A DNA stretch of 63,243 bases, the filler included, from Calcarisporiella thermophila CBS 279.70 (taxonomy: Eukaryota > Fungi > Calcarisporiellomycota), in NCBI RefSeq assembly GCF_041956535.1. It is 9 parts of 9 records of this genome, joined end to end, with 100 filler letters (N's around TTAATTAATTAA, not from the genome) between each part and the next. Parts side by side here need not be neighbours in the genome. Positions count along the whole stretch, not along the records: positions 21,573 to 42,983 come from NW_027192210.1; 8 more parts are not named here. One strand, given 5' to 3'. Of the stretch, positions 24,647-38,439 are shown piece after piece; position 1 is the first letter of the stretch, and each line of letters opens with the position of its first letter. Under the pieces are notes generated by a model that did no database searches, had not been told where the DNA came from, and saw nothing but the letters and a program-made list of their open reading frames with translations. The translations under genes and the position numbers were made by a program.

Positions 24647-24891
24647 TGTTGGAGAACGACCAGGCATGATCTAAGTCTGAATAGTTGTTGTGTTACGACG
24701 GTTATTTCATACATATACAAATATGTATAAGCAAGTACCTTATCATCATTGTTAGTCATCATCTCCTATTCTATCATATATATAAGATGTGCTTTCTCTA
24801 TTTTGAATTCTCTTGTAGTGTGTGTTATTTGTGTTATCCCTTCTATCTGTCTTCTTTCCTTTTATTAATATACTCTTAATAAGATCCAACA
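24647..24891 (+). mobile_element. Solo LTR (TGTTGG...CCAACA)
   Basis: 5-bp TSD ATGCT. Confidence 0.9.
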
Positions 24892-26925
24892 ATGCTGTAT
24901 ACATCTAGACAATGAATGTATAGTCGGCATTTCATTTGGCTAGCAGTACCTCGCCACAAAAAAATTGAGAGCAATTTTCGCACTACCTTTTATTAGCTGC
25001 ATATTTCACTTTGATTGTCTATTTTACGGGACTCTTAGCCGATCCGCTCGTTACTGTGAAATAATTTGTGTCGCTGAATAATGTTATTCCCCAATCGATT
25101 TGGGAACATGTTGACATGAAAAAGATTCAAGAAAATTTATGAAACGAGCACGCCAACTTTTTCCAAAATTAGGTAAATTGTTTCCTGATTAGTTTTAAAC
25201 AAAATTTAACCTATCATTAGTCCCCCTTTTCACTCTCAACCAATTCTTGATGGCAATTTAAGAACTGAGGCTTTTTTGTCATATCTCTCACGTTTTCACA
25301 GACGAAGCAAATGTTATGTATAACACTAGTATGCTGGATAATTTCATTTACGAAAATTTATCTTTGATTAGTAAAATGAAGCTAGAGGAGAATTGCCTGA
25401 AATTGAATATCTATTTTCGAGTCTCCCTAAGTTTCCTCACGTTCACTCCAACTGCACTTGTGATGAAGGGTTTTATCATACATATCGAATATCCTAAGCC
25501 AACTGGCGTGAAGTAAAATGTTACAGAAACTTTAAACTCCCTTCAAATAACACATTAAAGAGGGCCGCAAGGGGTTCAAAATGAAACCTGTCAATGACCA
25601 AGGATAGCACATTTTTCCCATGCTATCAAAAATCGGTGATTCAACACTAAATTGAAAAATATTCGAGACTCGGGTTGGATTTTGCCAGCAAATATTCCAA
25701 TGCCTGCCACTGCTTTCTTAAAATTGAATCTTAATCTCCACCATCACTATAGATTAGTCATTTTTATAACTTGATTAGAATCCAAATTTATCACACGAGT
25801 CCGAACATTTCGACCGAGTAATACTCTTCAACCTCCTTGCGTCTATAGGAATGCTATATCGACCTTGAATGATACGTCATCTTGTTTTTGTCGGACCGAG
25901 AAATATTTTAGAGCTCTCTCTTTAGAATTGCAGAAGATTGGTCATAATATAACTAATATTCCGCTAATATTACTAGCGGAAGCTGAATGAAAAGGCAATT
26001 GAAATGCCGAGATAATGTGAAGTTACTTATTGCATCATCGTATCACCTATTTGATTTAAAACATTTAAAACATCCCTTTATGTAACCTGCCAATCAATAA
26101 AAAGCAGATTATAAGAAATGAATTAAGCCAAAAACCTCTCAAAAAACTAGAGGTAAATTCCCTATCGATCAAATTTTGGAACCAAAAAATCGGTGCGGCA
26201 AAACGAGTATAAAATTTCATCCAAGTAAATGGACAAGTAAGCACATATGAAATACCCCAATTGGCTTATACACATATCTTTACGCTCTTCATGATCAAGG
26301 AATGTGAGACATGATCATTCTGCCTTTACGGCAAGATCATTTCCTACTCTTCTCCACTCTTATCTGTTTATGTTTTCATCCCCTTTTTCTGATATGTCTC
26401 TCTAAACCACTGTAAGGATTTGTGGATGTGACATGAAATTCTATGCTCTTTCATCCATTTAGCCGCGCATTCTTAGTATGTAATTCAAACGTCATGTAGC
26501 ATTCATTAGTTTCAGATTTGTCTATAAAATGCGCTAGCCGACGATATTCCTATTTGATATATACTGTATGTCTCAAACGGAACAGGGACATTTTCTCTCA
26601 CAACTAATATTGGGCTTCAGGCAACTCTCCAGTTTCCATATCCCTAGCAACCGACTTATTTACATAAATGGAATTGCTTAGCAGACTTGTATGCTGCTTT
26701 GCATTTGCGCCGCCTGCGGTAATTCCTGTGAAAGGCATAGGATCTTTGAAACAGCTTTATCGATTAACTTCATTAGGACACTTTATTATTAAAACCCCTA
26801 AATAGAATGGTTCGAAATAGTCGAATTAGATAAGGAAACCGGTCTACTAATTTAGGCTCGCATTAGATATATTAACAGTTGACCTACTTTTTCTGCGAAT
26901 TTTTCGCAGTTTCTTCCGAGGCAAC

Positions 26926-28928
26926 ATGTCCCCAGTTGCTCGGAGAGCAGCATTATTCAATGTCTCGAGCAATGTTACATTCTTTAAAGCGTGTCATTCA
27001 TGCCAACAAAGCAAGCTGAAATGTGATGGCAATATGAAGGAGTGCTCGCGGTGCAAAATTTTGGGGCTAATATGCACATACAAAGTATCCACCGCTAAAG
27101 TAGGGCGCCCCTCTAAATCGCAAAAAAAGCGCAATAAAGAGAATTTTGTGAGTAATCCAAATGCACTCCAATTATCAGAGCGGGATTATTTACTGAATCA
27201 ATACCAATTACTCATTAACGAGCCGGAATCCTTGATTCGTAATCTAAATGTAATCAAGAGAACCCTTTCTGATATAAACTCTACTCATCTTCTCACTTCC
27301 ACCTTTGTTTAGTATCAAATTCTCGAAACCGCTTGGCTATGGAAATGGTCGCAGGGGATTGATTTTCCGCGCTCTCCAGGGTCCAGCATGTGTACCAATG
27401 ATGTGCTAGGAGTGATTATCGGAAAGGTGAGCTCCCTCTGCGTTAACGAGAGGATCTCAAAAGGCTACCCCCAGGTTTCTCAGGACGAAGAAAGCCGCCT
27501 TCTATCCAAAGACTACATGCGCAACCCTATGAGATCCGTGACCTATATCCAGGCTATTGTACTTATTAACTTATGGTTCAGAAATTTCCCATTTCCCACT
27601 GTGCTTAACCGCATCGCTCTAATCCAAGGTTATATTGATGGCCAGACGCACCCCTTGCTCTATTCAGCCATGTTTGCACTAGCACTCTTTCTCCCGGACA
27701 CCACTTTGTATCACGAGTTGCTACGAAGAAAACTAAGCTCAATTTTCTTAAAATACGCGGCATCGTTAACACAAGAAGAGTCATATAGCTTCCCTTCGCT
27801 TATCAACCTTCAAGCCTTTTATATTCTCGCGGTACTGTTGACTTTGCGAGGTTATTTGCAATCAGCCCAAGAAATCATGAACAGAGCATGGAGAATGGCG
27901 TTTGAGCTGCGGATTCATGAGCAGGACGATTCAGAATTCGATATGGAATTGGATCCTTTAAGTCGTGAATTGCGCAATAATATCTGATGGGCCATGCGCA
28001 TTTTTACCACATGGAGCTATGCCCGACTCGACACGAGCTTCGGCCAAAAGATTATCAACGCAACCATAAGATTGCCAGTCATGAAGGAGTCTGAATCCAC
28101 ACTTTATGAGTATAGTCGCCGTTGTGGTTCCAGCTCATTCATCTTAAGCGAAAATGCGCACTCAATTCAATCTCTTTACAACTGTGCTTACTTGATGACG
28201 GTGCTCTCTGAAATACTACTGTATTTCAATACAATTTCTGGGTTTTGTTCGATGAAGCTTCTTGGATGCTCTGGCACAGCATATCTAGATGCTGCTCCAT
28301 TGCAACTGTATGTGTCAAGCTTGCCCTTCCGGTTAGAGAATTTGATAGGCACAATTTCATCGGAAATGACACCCCTTAGCAGAGCGGAGTTACTACTCTA
28401 CCTTTACATCATCAAGATTCATTCGCGATTCCTTAAGCTGGATGAGAGCTTGATCGTATCCATTGACCATTCCTCGCTTGTGGAATGTATTGCGTCTGCA
28501 GACGAGATAGTGGATCTGGTAGAAATGGTGATCGGTGATCAAAATAGCAAGGTGTATCATTCAACAATGGTATTTGGGTTGAATACAAGCGCATGTGTCT
28601 TCCTTATAGAAGCGGTATCAGGAAGCGCAGAGCAAAAGAGAAGTGCACTGTTTGGTTTGCACAGGATCCTGGAGATACTGAAAAATCCGCTTTTATTGTA
28701 TCAAGACTCTGAGCTCATCAATGGTATTGAAGAGGTATTTTGAAGAGGTATGGCGAACAAAACGATAATATAGTGGGGTCTGGATTAGCATCCTTCAATG
28801 CTGCAAGTGTAGACAGCACAACCGTCTCTGTCGTCATCCCCACTGTAGGGCTTAGTTCGATTGTAAATGTGGAGCCAATCGATAGGGATCTTCATCCGAG
28901 TAGAATACTTGTAATTGTGCATGTATAA
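26926..28928 (+). pseudogene. Zn(II)2Cys6 transcription factor pseudogene (intronless)
   Basis: ACHSCQQSKLKCDGNMKECSRCKILGLIC zinc cluster plus middle homology region. One reading frame broken by TAG (27310) and TGA (27985, NNI*WAMR), and a probable frameshift at about 28740. Confidence 0.85.
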
Positions 28929-29099
28929 TTCTAACTGTAATGACTGTAACGGGGCTGTTCACCTTACTCGTCTCAGTACTGGAAATAAATTCGTGGTATC
29001 GTTGTTTTTGTAAGTTGCATTTTGAATTCAATCTTGAGTTATTTACATAGCAAGAAGTAGAAGCGGAGTATTACAGTACCTTACTCACTTACCTCAAAC

Positions 29100-29330
29100 T
29101 GTCCTAGGAATGAAATGCGGACAACGTCAGCAGTCCATGCTTCAAGATGATGAGACAGTTTATAGGTCGAAATAAGCTACTTCCAGAGAATATTACATGG
29201 AAAATCAAGGAAAAGTTAAAGAAACTTAAAAAAATCCGAGAATAAATCAAGATTTTATAAAGTCGTATTTCAAGCGCAACTGCTTATCCCTCCCGAGAGG
29301 AGGGGTGGAGAGAAATAAGAAAAAGTAAAG
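29100..29330 (+). repeat. Dispersed repeat (GTCAGCAGTCCATGCTTCA-GATGATGAG family), probable terminal remnant of a DIRS-like element
   Basis: Core motif also at about 43088-43163, 46091-46154, 46302-46348, 58079-58130 and 60001-60060. 29100-29285 aligns with the reverse complement of 57955-58130. Confidence 0.6.
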
Positions 29331-31399
29331 TAAATAAGAAATAGTACAAAAAGAAGTGGTGATGGGTGGGATCGTGAAGTTTAGATCGATTCCATGCCTA
29401 GTCGTTATTTCCCGCAAAATAGATCGTAAACCGTCAAAGGATTTATTTACTACTCCTCAAGTGGCCATTCTAATACAACCTGCGCGGTGCATTCTAGCTT
29501 CATCTTCAGAAATGTAGCAATTTACACACCATTTTTTTACCTGTAAATCCTGGATTTGCGGCACTCCATTCACCATTTTTCTCATACTATAAAAGATACT
29601 GAAAGGCAATATGATATTTGCAAATATTGCTGACTGTATAGAACCAAGAAACTAAAACTCTAATTGGGTTATAGTCGCAATTATTTGAAATACATGGGAA
29701 AACTTACTTGCACAATATTCGATTCTCCAATAATATTCTTCTTCTTCTGACCTATACTTCTAACCATAGAAGAGATGTATGCTCCGTTGTCCCAAACCAT
29801 ATAGTTTCCCGGACGCATATTTGAAGATGAAAGTCAGTGAATGCTTCTGGAATCGCTATGAACAGTATGATAACTGTCCCTTTCCCTTTGAATTTCTCTA
29901 CGCCTATTAATAACAATTACGATCAACTCAAGTGCGTCAGAGGAAATATTCCAAACAGAGTCACCTAGTTTTTGATAGTTGGACGATTTGATCCGCTTGT
30001 TGCTTAGTTAGAGTAGCTCTTACTCCTAAGAAAATGAGCTTGAAAGAAGTTATAGACCACAAGATGTATAGCTACATCTGAAATTGCAACGCAACATAGT
30101 CAAATATCCCTTTACTCCAGTGATTTCTGCAACTCTTCATTAAAGCAAGTGGTAGGGAAGTTATTGTAAATAAGCAACCAAATTTCTACAATAGCCTTCC
30201 CGCTTTTCTCTTATTTACAGTCGACGGTTATATCGAAAATCCACACCCAATATGCCCGAGTTTGAGGGTGAAACCGAAGCTTGGTGGCAGAGTTTTTTGA
30301 TAAGAGAGGAAGGTATAACGCCACTTCTTAATCCAAAATATGTATATCCAAAGAAGAGTGATGTCAGCGAGTAGTCACAAATTATAAGAACTATCTAAAA
30401 CTAATACTGAACTTGTAACAGGCAGCTGGATTTCCTCGAGCCAGTGAAGGCCTAATGAAAGAATTTCATTTGGCTTAAAGTGGACAAGATCGTCAGCACC
30501 AAATCAAGCGTTGCCATCCGAATCCAGTCGCATGCCTCCATTTTCTAATCCTTAACCCTCCTTCGAACGCATCCAATTAGCTTGCGGCCGACTCAACATT
30601 AGGATTGCCCGAGCTTTACTAATCAAGCTTTGCGCAGAATTGTACATCTGCACACGCTCTGCAGCCCAAGGCTACAGCAGATCGCCTAGACGCCATTTCC
30701 CCTTTTATGCGACTCAACTCGAGGCTTCGCTCCCAAGTCAAGCAGTTCAAGATCGCTGATAGCGCGGCGACTGCTCTTCATCCCCATCGTAGCGATCAAG
30801 ATCCGATTCACAAGAATCGCCATACTATTGGGCCAATTTCCAAAATAGGCTTGACGAAACGATATGCAGGGGGCGAGTTGATACCAACAAAAATGGGCGA
30901 GAAGGTTTCCTGCATATGTTGCAATCCAAGTTGGACAAACGCGAGTGATTGGAAGAGGGGAACGAGCTGGGCCTAATTTAGGGCTGCCCTACTCCCGCAG
31001 AGGGCAGTCCGAGACCTTGGCGCGACACCCCCGGCCGGTTCGTTTCCTCATTCCCATACTTCGCTCTCTCTTCTCTCCGCTTCTCCATTCTACGCGCACC
31101 ATCCATTCGTTAACAATGACCCAGCCTGCCAGAGGGCCCTTCGCTTTGATCGCTGCATTTGCCCTGGCGCTTTTCTATTTCTTTCTTTTTGCAAGGGACT
31201 CGCCATTCCATCCTGCAGCCTATGTGGAGGCCGAGAATCTCTACGCGATTCCTGAGGGTTGAGATTAGCAACTAGCAGCACCGATCACATCCTAAACCTC
31301 CGGATCCATCTGAAGCTCCACAATCTTGATCTCTTCTGTCAGAAGGTTTACAATGCGGCCATCCACGTTGTTGGCAACCCATGCAACACCGTGAAATCA

Positions 31400-31890
31400 A
31401 TGCACTATTAATGCCTTTCGATAAAAGCGCGGCAATGGTGCTAACCCCAAGCATAAAGCCAAACTCATTGATCGATGGTTCGAAAACAACCAAGTCCAAG
31501 TTCTCGATTGGCCTTCACAATCACCAGATCTCAACCCCATCGAAAATTTATGTGCTGAGCTAAAGGGACGTCTAAGGAGCAGATTCCCAAAGATAACAAG
31601 TCAGGATGATCTGTGGGAAAAGGTGAATGTCTTGTGGGAGTCACTCACGAAGGAGGATTGCATGAAGTTGATCAGCACGATGCCAGAACGGATCCAAACT
31701 GTTATTAAGGCAAAGGGAGGATATACTAAGTGGTAGTCGGAGAGCATTTTATATATACAAATTATTGAGTATTCATTATAATACCCCTGTAAAGAAAGAG
31801 AATAAAAGGTTGGCATCATTTAAAATCACTAGATATGAATTTAAGAAATTTTCCGAAATATATTAATATTTCACTTGAAGAGAGTTAGCA
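31400..31890 (+). mobile_element. Tc1/mariner transposase C-terminal remnant
   Basis: DWPSQSPDLNPIENL...LKGRL...MPERIQTVIKAKGGYTKW* reads at about 31505-31735. Confidence 0.85.
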
Positions 31891-33101
31891 AAGGATATTC
31901 AATTGTATATGTAATGGTAACGAGGTAGTTTCATAAGGTTGAAAATAGCTGAGTTTTCGATCTTTCTTATCCTTGGCTCATGGATTTCTTTTTTCATATA
32001 AGTAATTACTTAAACCTTCTCTCTTGAGTTTATCCTCCAGGGAGTAACGTTTGAATTCCCATTTCTTTTCAAAATTCACTTTTCCGCACAGCTTATATCC
32101 ATGCTTTTATAATGGGAGTTGTTATTTATCCATATATATACCTGATATTAAATTTCTCCTACGTCTCCTATAAACTTCAAATAACTTACATTTTTCATGT
32201 GTTTGCCTAAAGTCATCTATTGTACTTCGGACTTCGAGTGAAAATTTCTCAGAGCTGGTAATACCTTTTTACGACCTGTTATCAAATTATAGTATAGAAT
32301 ATAAGGTGAATGTTTGATTGATTGCAAAAGAAAAATAACACTTAATATTAATTTTTAATCATACTAGACAAATTTGAATTTTCGACGCACACCAATTATC
32401 TTGCTAGTCGGATGGAATTTGGGATGAACACGAGAGTAAGAAATAGTTGATTTCCGAAGAATCATTCACTTTCTGAAAGCTTTATACATTGCTTTTATAT
32501 AAGTTGGCAGCATTCTTTTCATTAAAGCAGAAGACGAGCTACATACAGTATCTATTCCAATGGAGTTAGAGTCATATACGTAACCCTTGAGGAACTTCGA
32601 CTGCTATGCAACGGCTCTCCAACGTGCTTTACGCCACGGTTTAAATTAATCTGCGAGAACTTCTTGTTTACTTGGTGAAGGTCTTTGGAAGAACTTTCTA
32701 ATTATAAAGATGAAATAGGCATAGACTCGTTTGAGTCTTTTTGTAACAATCCAGAATTTTAAATTGAATTAAAGACCCGATAGGAGAGTGAAAAGCTATT
32801 TCGTGAAAATTCTAGACTTAAGCAATTTCTCCTCAGGCTTTTGAATGGTCTCAAGTTCTCGATTTAGCCGAATATTTTCAAACTCGTGTAATATTGCTAG
32901 AGGCAATATCAATGTTGGACTCTCATTGACGTATTTCGGTCCATCACGCAAAGACTTACATGTTATCGTGAAATTATCGCCAATTCCTCACATTGCGCCA
33001 AAGACAGTATCTGATCTTACAGTGTACGAAGCAAATTTTGATATTTTTCATATCCATGAAGTAGATTTATATAATGGTAGGAGGAGAGCACTACGACACA
33101 A

Positions 33102-34568
33102 ATGTTGCTTCCAATGAATATAAAAAGTGCTCTGAAATTAGAAGATTTGGGTCATGAGACAAACTGTATTATACTTCCTAATTCCAAGGAAAATATTACT
33201 AAAATCGCACTTGATGTAAGTTGTCGTTTACCCTCGTTTTCTCCTTTTCCCTTCAATCATGGACAAAATTCAATCTTCTACTTAATACTATTACAGATAG
33301 GAGGATCGCTTGTGAAGCTAGTATATTTCACGCCCTTGCCAAATGCGAAAAATGGAGGCCACCTAAACTTCATTAAATTTGAAACCCACCACATTGAGAG
33401 GTGTATCGATTTTATTCGTAATCTGATTGTTGAAAAAACATTAAATGAAAAGCCTTTCGTCAAAGCGACAGGTGGAGGGTCGTATCTCTATTCATCCAAA
33501 TTTTTGAAAGAACTTGGAATAGAATTCGAAAGGAGAGATGAAATGGAATGTCTCATTAGAGGTTTGTACACAAAGCATATTCATTGTGAGGTGTCATTAA
33601 TATACAACGCAGTTTATTCCAACATCCAGTTTATTTATCTCTTTTTAGGGTTGATTTTTTTTTATCACCGAAAATCCAGACGGAGTCTATACACATATTC
33701 AAGCTGAACCCAAACAATTCGAGGTTACACATATCTTGGGTGACCTTTTCCCCTTTATGGTGAGTAGGCTATTTTTCCAGAACATGACCTCAGATTCATT
33801 ATTATGAACTATAGCTTGTCAATATCGGCACCGGTGTCAACGTCCTCAAAGTATCCGACCACAACAAGTTTGAACGTATTAGTGGAACTTCGGTATATTT
33901 TGTTTGGAGTGTGTATTGAACGATTTTTTGATTATCGCTCTGAATTATAGCTTGGCGGAGGAACCTTGTTAGGTCTAAATTCCCTCCTAACAGAAGCAAA
34001 TTCTTTCGATGAATTGCTTGAGCTTTGTGAGCGTGGTGACCATCGAAATGTGGACATGCTCGTCGGCGATATTTATGGTAAGGATTACTCCAAAGTTGGG
34101 CTTAAATCCACTTCAATTGCGTCGTCAATGGGCAAAATTTTCAGATGTGGAATGACACGAGACAAGAAGTTCAAATCCGAAGATATTTCAAAGTCGTTGC
34201 TGATGATGATTTGGTAGGCTTCTTTATATCCAATTGCGTCTAAATATTGGATTGTGAAATCAATCTATCAATAATATAGCAATAATATCGGTGAGATAGC
34301 CTATCTTAATGCACAAATTTACAATCTTAAGCGGGTGTATTTTGGTGGTTATTTTATTAGAGGTGAAAACTCTTGAGTGGAGTAAACCTGGTTTAATTCT
34401 CATTATAAGTTATATTTAATGAATGGTTTAGGTCACCCTATCATTATGAGGACCCTTTCAGCTGCCATTAACTTCTGGTCCAAAGGAGAGATCAAGGCTT
34501 ACTATCTTCGTCATGAAGGATATTTGGGCGCAGTAGGAGCATTACTTGGGCCTAATGGACAACTGTAA
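33102..34568 (+). CDS. CAB1: Type II (eukaryotic) pantothenate kinase, about 7 exons, with an apparent +1 frameshift in a T9 run
   Basis: Spliced motifs IALD|[29 protein letters not shown]|[29 protein letters not shown] and [12 protein letters not shown]. Confidence 0.92.
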
Positions 34569-34737
34569 CTCCGCTATGACTCTCATCGGGAAGTAATTTA
34601 AAGTATGAAATCACCGGGTGATCCTAGCTGTAACTGTTCTGAGGCTATTTATGATTCGGATTCTTATTGAATATATGAAAAGTGGTCTTAATTCAATTTA
34701 TAATAATGGGCAAAGTGGACAACTGGACAAAGAAGGT

Positions 34738-35410
34738 ATTTATCGCAATTGCACCTTTTATAGGGGTATCGCAAGACTCTTCATCCCGTATGAAGATTCA
34801 CTGGAGACACTGCGTTCGAATGGAAAACTAAACGATGAAGTGGTGGATGCTTTTATAATTAGACTTGCGCACTTTGCTAAATGGCAAGGACGGCAGATTG
34901 GTGTCGGATCTACTTGCCATGAATTGGCCTTCAATCTTCCCTTGATAAACAGTTCTATATACTCGGCCAGCTCTCGCACGTCAGCTAAGTGAATTGGCCA
35001 ACCAAGTGAGCAGGAGCTGTTCACAGTTAACGTCTCGACGTTGAAGAGAAGAGAATTCCAGTGTATGTTTCTTGTATTGACACTATTTGCAAATAAGAAC
35101 TTGCTTGGAAGCGTTGCGCTCTCTGGCCACACTCGTCGGAAGGACTACTCCGGTGAGTTCTGCTTATGAGTGCGAACAAACAATTTACATAGGCAATCAC
35201 CTATGTATACAGAAGAGTCTCCCTTCCATTTAGCAAAGTGCGCAAGTCTAATTATAAAAGCATCCACCACTTCATCGTTTAGTTTTCCATTCGAACGCAG
35301 TGTCTCCAGTAAATCTTCAGACGGGATGAAGGGTCTTGCGATACCCCTATAAAAGGTGCAATTGCGATAAATGTCTTTTAAAGTATTTTCATATAGTATT
35401 TTTAATATAG
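34738..35410. repeat. Ulp1-like protease fragment present as about 145-bp inverted repeats (34738-34884 and 35227-35372), probably transposon-derived
   Basis: SLETLRSNGKLNDEVVDAFI resembles the Ulp1/C48 L..L....WLNDEVI motif. A further copy lies at about 56798-57305. Confidence 0.6.
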
Positions 35411-37597
35411 CGTGAAATAATTAATTACTTATCATCATCTGATTATTTGCAATCGCTTACACTCCCAACCCGGAGTTGTCAAAGATTTCTGGATGATCTT
35501 TCCTGATAGAGAATTATTTGTCTGGAAATGAATGCTAATATAATTAGCCAAGACAATAATTTTTTCTTTTTTGAAAGGTTGAGTAATTGAATACTGTACA
35601 TACCTCGCATTAGATGAAGTGCCAGTATCTTGTATTCCGTATGTATTCCGTTATGTTGCTCAAAAAAAAAAAATCCCAACTCCATCTGGCTTTCCTTAGT
35701 CAAGTAAGGATGCGCGTGGATTATTATTATCCTTTTTCCACCTTTCCATTCAGCCTAACCGACCTCTTCGAATCAAACGGTAAAGATCAGTAATATTTTT
35801 GCTAGGATTCAAGGGCAGCATTTCTCTCGCTTTCCAGTAGGTTGAACTTAAGTAGAGATGAAACTACATGGATCTAAATTACTTTTCTCAAATCTCACAA
35901 CTGATAAAGTCCAGTTTAGAAGGGATGTATTTCTCTGAGCATGAACTTGTTGCAATACAATAAGCCACCCTCATTTTTAAAAATATTTGAAAAGCAATTA
36001 TTCTATGTTGTCAGGATTTTTAATATTTAACTTCACATGCATTATTCTTGTTTGTTTGTAAATGATAAATCCTGTTTACTGTTTTTCTTGTTATTCTTTT
36101 AATAGCTTAGCCTTCACTAGTTCGGCCAATGCCCTTTAGGCATCGTGCCCAAGTTGCATTCGCTGGATGTTGTTTCCTCGCAAAGGTATACCCTCTGGAA
36201 CGTTAACCATTTCGGCTCGGTGATAAAATCGTTCGAAGTTTATTGCCGAAGTCCAGTTAGCTGCTTTAAGAATTCTATCTAAGGGTTCTCCTTGCTGCAA
36301 TGCATGAGAGGACGAGGTGCTTCTAGTCGAATGGGCTGTTGCTAAGATATTCGCTTCCGCTAAGATGTCTGTTATCCACCTCGCTATTATGTCTCCCGAT
36401 GCTGGCGTCGGTGGTCTCCTCGCCGTAATGAAAAAGGTAGGGAATTCGTTGTAACCTGGAGCGACATTCCTAGCGCGTTCAATGTATAGATGAGTTGCTC
36501 TAACTGGGCACAGCTCTGGATCTTCCGTCAGCGCCCATAGTCGGATTGTTTTTTTCCATTCCTTCCTTGGGTTTGATGGCTGTCAGCTGCAAACCCGTCA
36601 GTCCGTTGTCGTCATCTCGGGTGAATTGGACTTTACTCGGTGGTATTCTTGCTAAATCAGATCTCGGCCTCCAGATGGTTGTTAAAGCAAGCAGCAGGGC
36701 CACTTTTTGCCCTAGTCGTGGTAGCGGTGTATCAATGGTCGACGGGATCAGTGTCGGTTTCTCAATCGCTTTTTGAACGTTCCAAAATGGGGTCTTCTCC
36801 CTAAAGTGTCGAGCGTTTTCTCTAGCTCCTCTGATGACTCTTTGGATCACCTGTTGGTCCGCCAGGAGGGTTCTATTTGGATGCAATATTTGCCAAGTGC
36901 GGGATATTGCCGTCTTATAAACCTGTAGCGATGTAAAACGATGCGTTTCACTCATCGCTGCTAGGTATTCTGTGGCCGTGGCCAAATCATAGCTGCATGG
37001 ATCTCTACCGTTCTCTGCGCACCAAGTAATATATTTCTTCCACGCCGAAGCATAATGCTTCCCAGTAGTTGTCCTTTCTGCCTTTGTGATGAGTTCGATA
37101 GCGTTCTCTGGAAAGCCCTGCGTCTGGAGGGCACCCCTGATAATTTCCAGGCGATTACTTGTGCTGGGTGCCTCGGGAGTGTTGTTGGTGACGATAATTG
37201 TTGCATGTTGAGAATTATTGGAGAATCGACGGTCATTTCCAGGGCCTGCGCTATCCAAGGCTGGGTCGTCCAGTTCGGCGTGATTACTACTATCTCCTCT
37301 ATCCGTCTCACCGAGATTTCTCGGAGTAGTCTTGGGAGCATTATCCAGGGTGGGTTCGCGTAGGCTCCTCTCGTCGGCCAACGTTGAGCAAATGCGTTTG
37401 TTGCCCCTGCGCCCGGATCTGGTCTCATGCTGTAAAACCGTTGGTGTCTCGTATTGACTCGCGTCGCGAACAAGTCTATTGTTCTCTCCCCCCATCTCTT
37501 GTTTATTAGATCCCATGCCTCGATTGGGAGTTGCCAGTCGTGCTGCGAGTCTTTCCTCCTGCTCTCCGCGTCTGCTCTTTCGTTTTGACTTCCCGGG

Positions 37598-37842
37598 TGT
37601 AACACGACCAAGCCTCTATCTCCTTTTACAATTAATACCCCTTTCCTTTTATATACGCACTGATCACATGCTCATGAAAACGAGTTTTTTAAGGTTTTTT
37701 CCCGGAGATTCAGCTTTATTTAATACTCGATGTGTGTTTCATTATTTCCTCAACGTTCTCTTGAATTCATTATTCATTCTCTTGAATTGGATTCATTATT
37801 AATAAAGGATCCAAATCATTAACAGTCTGCAGAACTGTTACA
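37598..37842 (-). mobile_element. 245-bp solo LTR-like insertion (TGTAACA...TGTTACA) in the DIRS element; strand is relative to the second copy only
   Basis: 5-bp TSD CCGGG. Reverse complement of 38195-38439. Confidence 0.9.
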
Positions 37843-38194
37843 CCGGGAGGTATTCCGTAGTCAGATAGATATTGTGCTTGATACATATCTCCCATATTTT
37901 CGTTGCTATGTTGAGGAGTGGAAGACTTTTCGTGCCTCCCTGATTCTGGATGTACGCTACCGCTGTGATATTGTCTGTTCGTATGCGTATGTGCTTGTTT
38001 TTCCACCACTTGTGATGTAACCTCAGCGCGAACAATATTGCTCGGAGTTCCTTTTGGTTCGACGAGGCTGACCTTTCCTCCTTCGTCCATCTCCCGTGGG
38101 TCGTAAGGTGCGAGCTCACCATTCCCCAGCCTGTTCCCGATGCATCCGTTGTTATGTTTATCGTCTCGTCTGGTGACGGCATTCTTAGCGGCGA

Positions 38195-38439
38195 TGTAAC
38201 AGTTCTGCAGACTGTTAATGATTTGGATCCTTTATTAATAATGAATCCAATTCAAGAGAATGAATAATGAATTCAAGAGAACGTTGAGGAAATAATGAAA
38301 CACACATCGAGTATTAAATAAAGCTGAATCTCCGGGAAAAAACCTTAAAAAACTCGTTTTCATGAGCATGTGATCAGTGCGTATATAAAAGGAAAGGGGT
38401 ATTAATTGTAAAAGGAGATAGAGGCTTGGTCGTGTTACA
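38195..38439 (+). mobile_element. 245-bp solo LTR-like insertion, second copy in inverted orientation
   Basis: 5-bp TSD GGCGA. Confidence 0.9.

Noticed and set aside
23687-24891. One LTR retroelement/TRIM bounded by two LTRs
   Set aside because: Each LTR has its own different TSD (GTTAT versus ATGCT) and there is no PBS or coding interior, so these are two independent solo LTRs.
29140-29175. Hammerhead ribozyme (TGATGA-GAC...GTC-GAAA)
   Set aside because: Core reads ATGATGA rather than CTGATGA, stems I and III are not evident, and stem II/GAAA is not kept in most other copies of the repeat.
31118-31262. Short signal-anchor ORF MTQPARGPFALIAAFALALFYFFLF...
   Set aside because: Looks like a 5' gene fragment beside a Tc1 remnant. 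Too short to assign and no downstream exons found.
21592-34568. Secondary-metabolite cluster (HMGR + Zn2Cys6 + PanK as resistance genes)
   Set aside because: No PKS, NRPS, terpene synthase or tailoring enzyme present, the genes are widely spaced, and the TF is a pseudogene.
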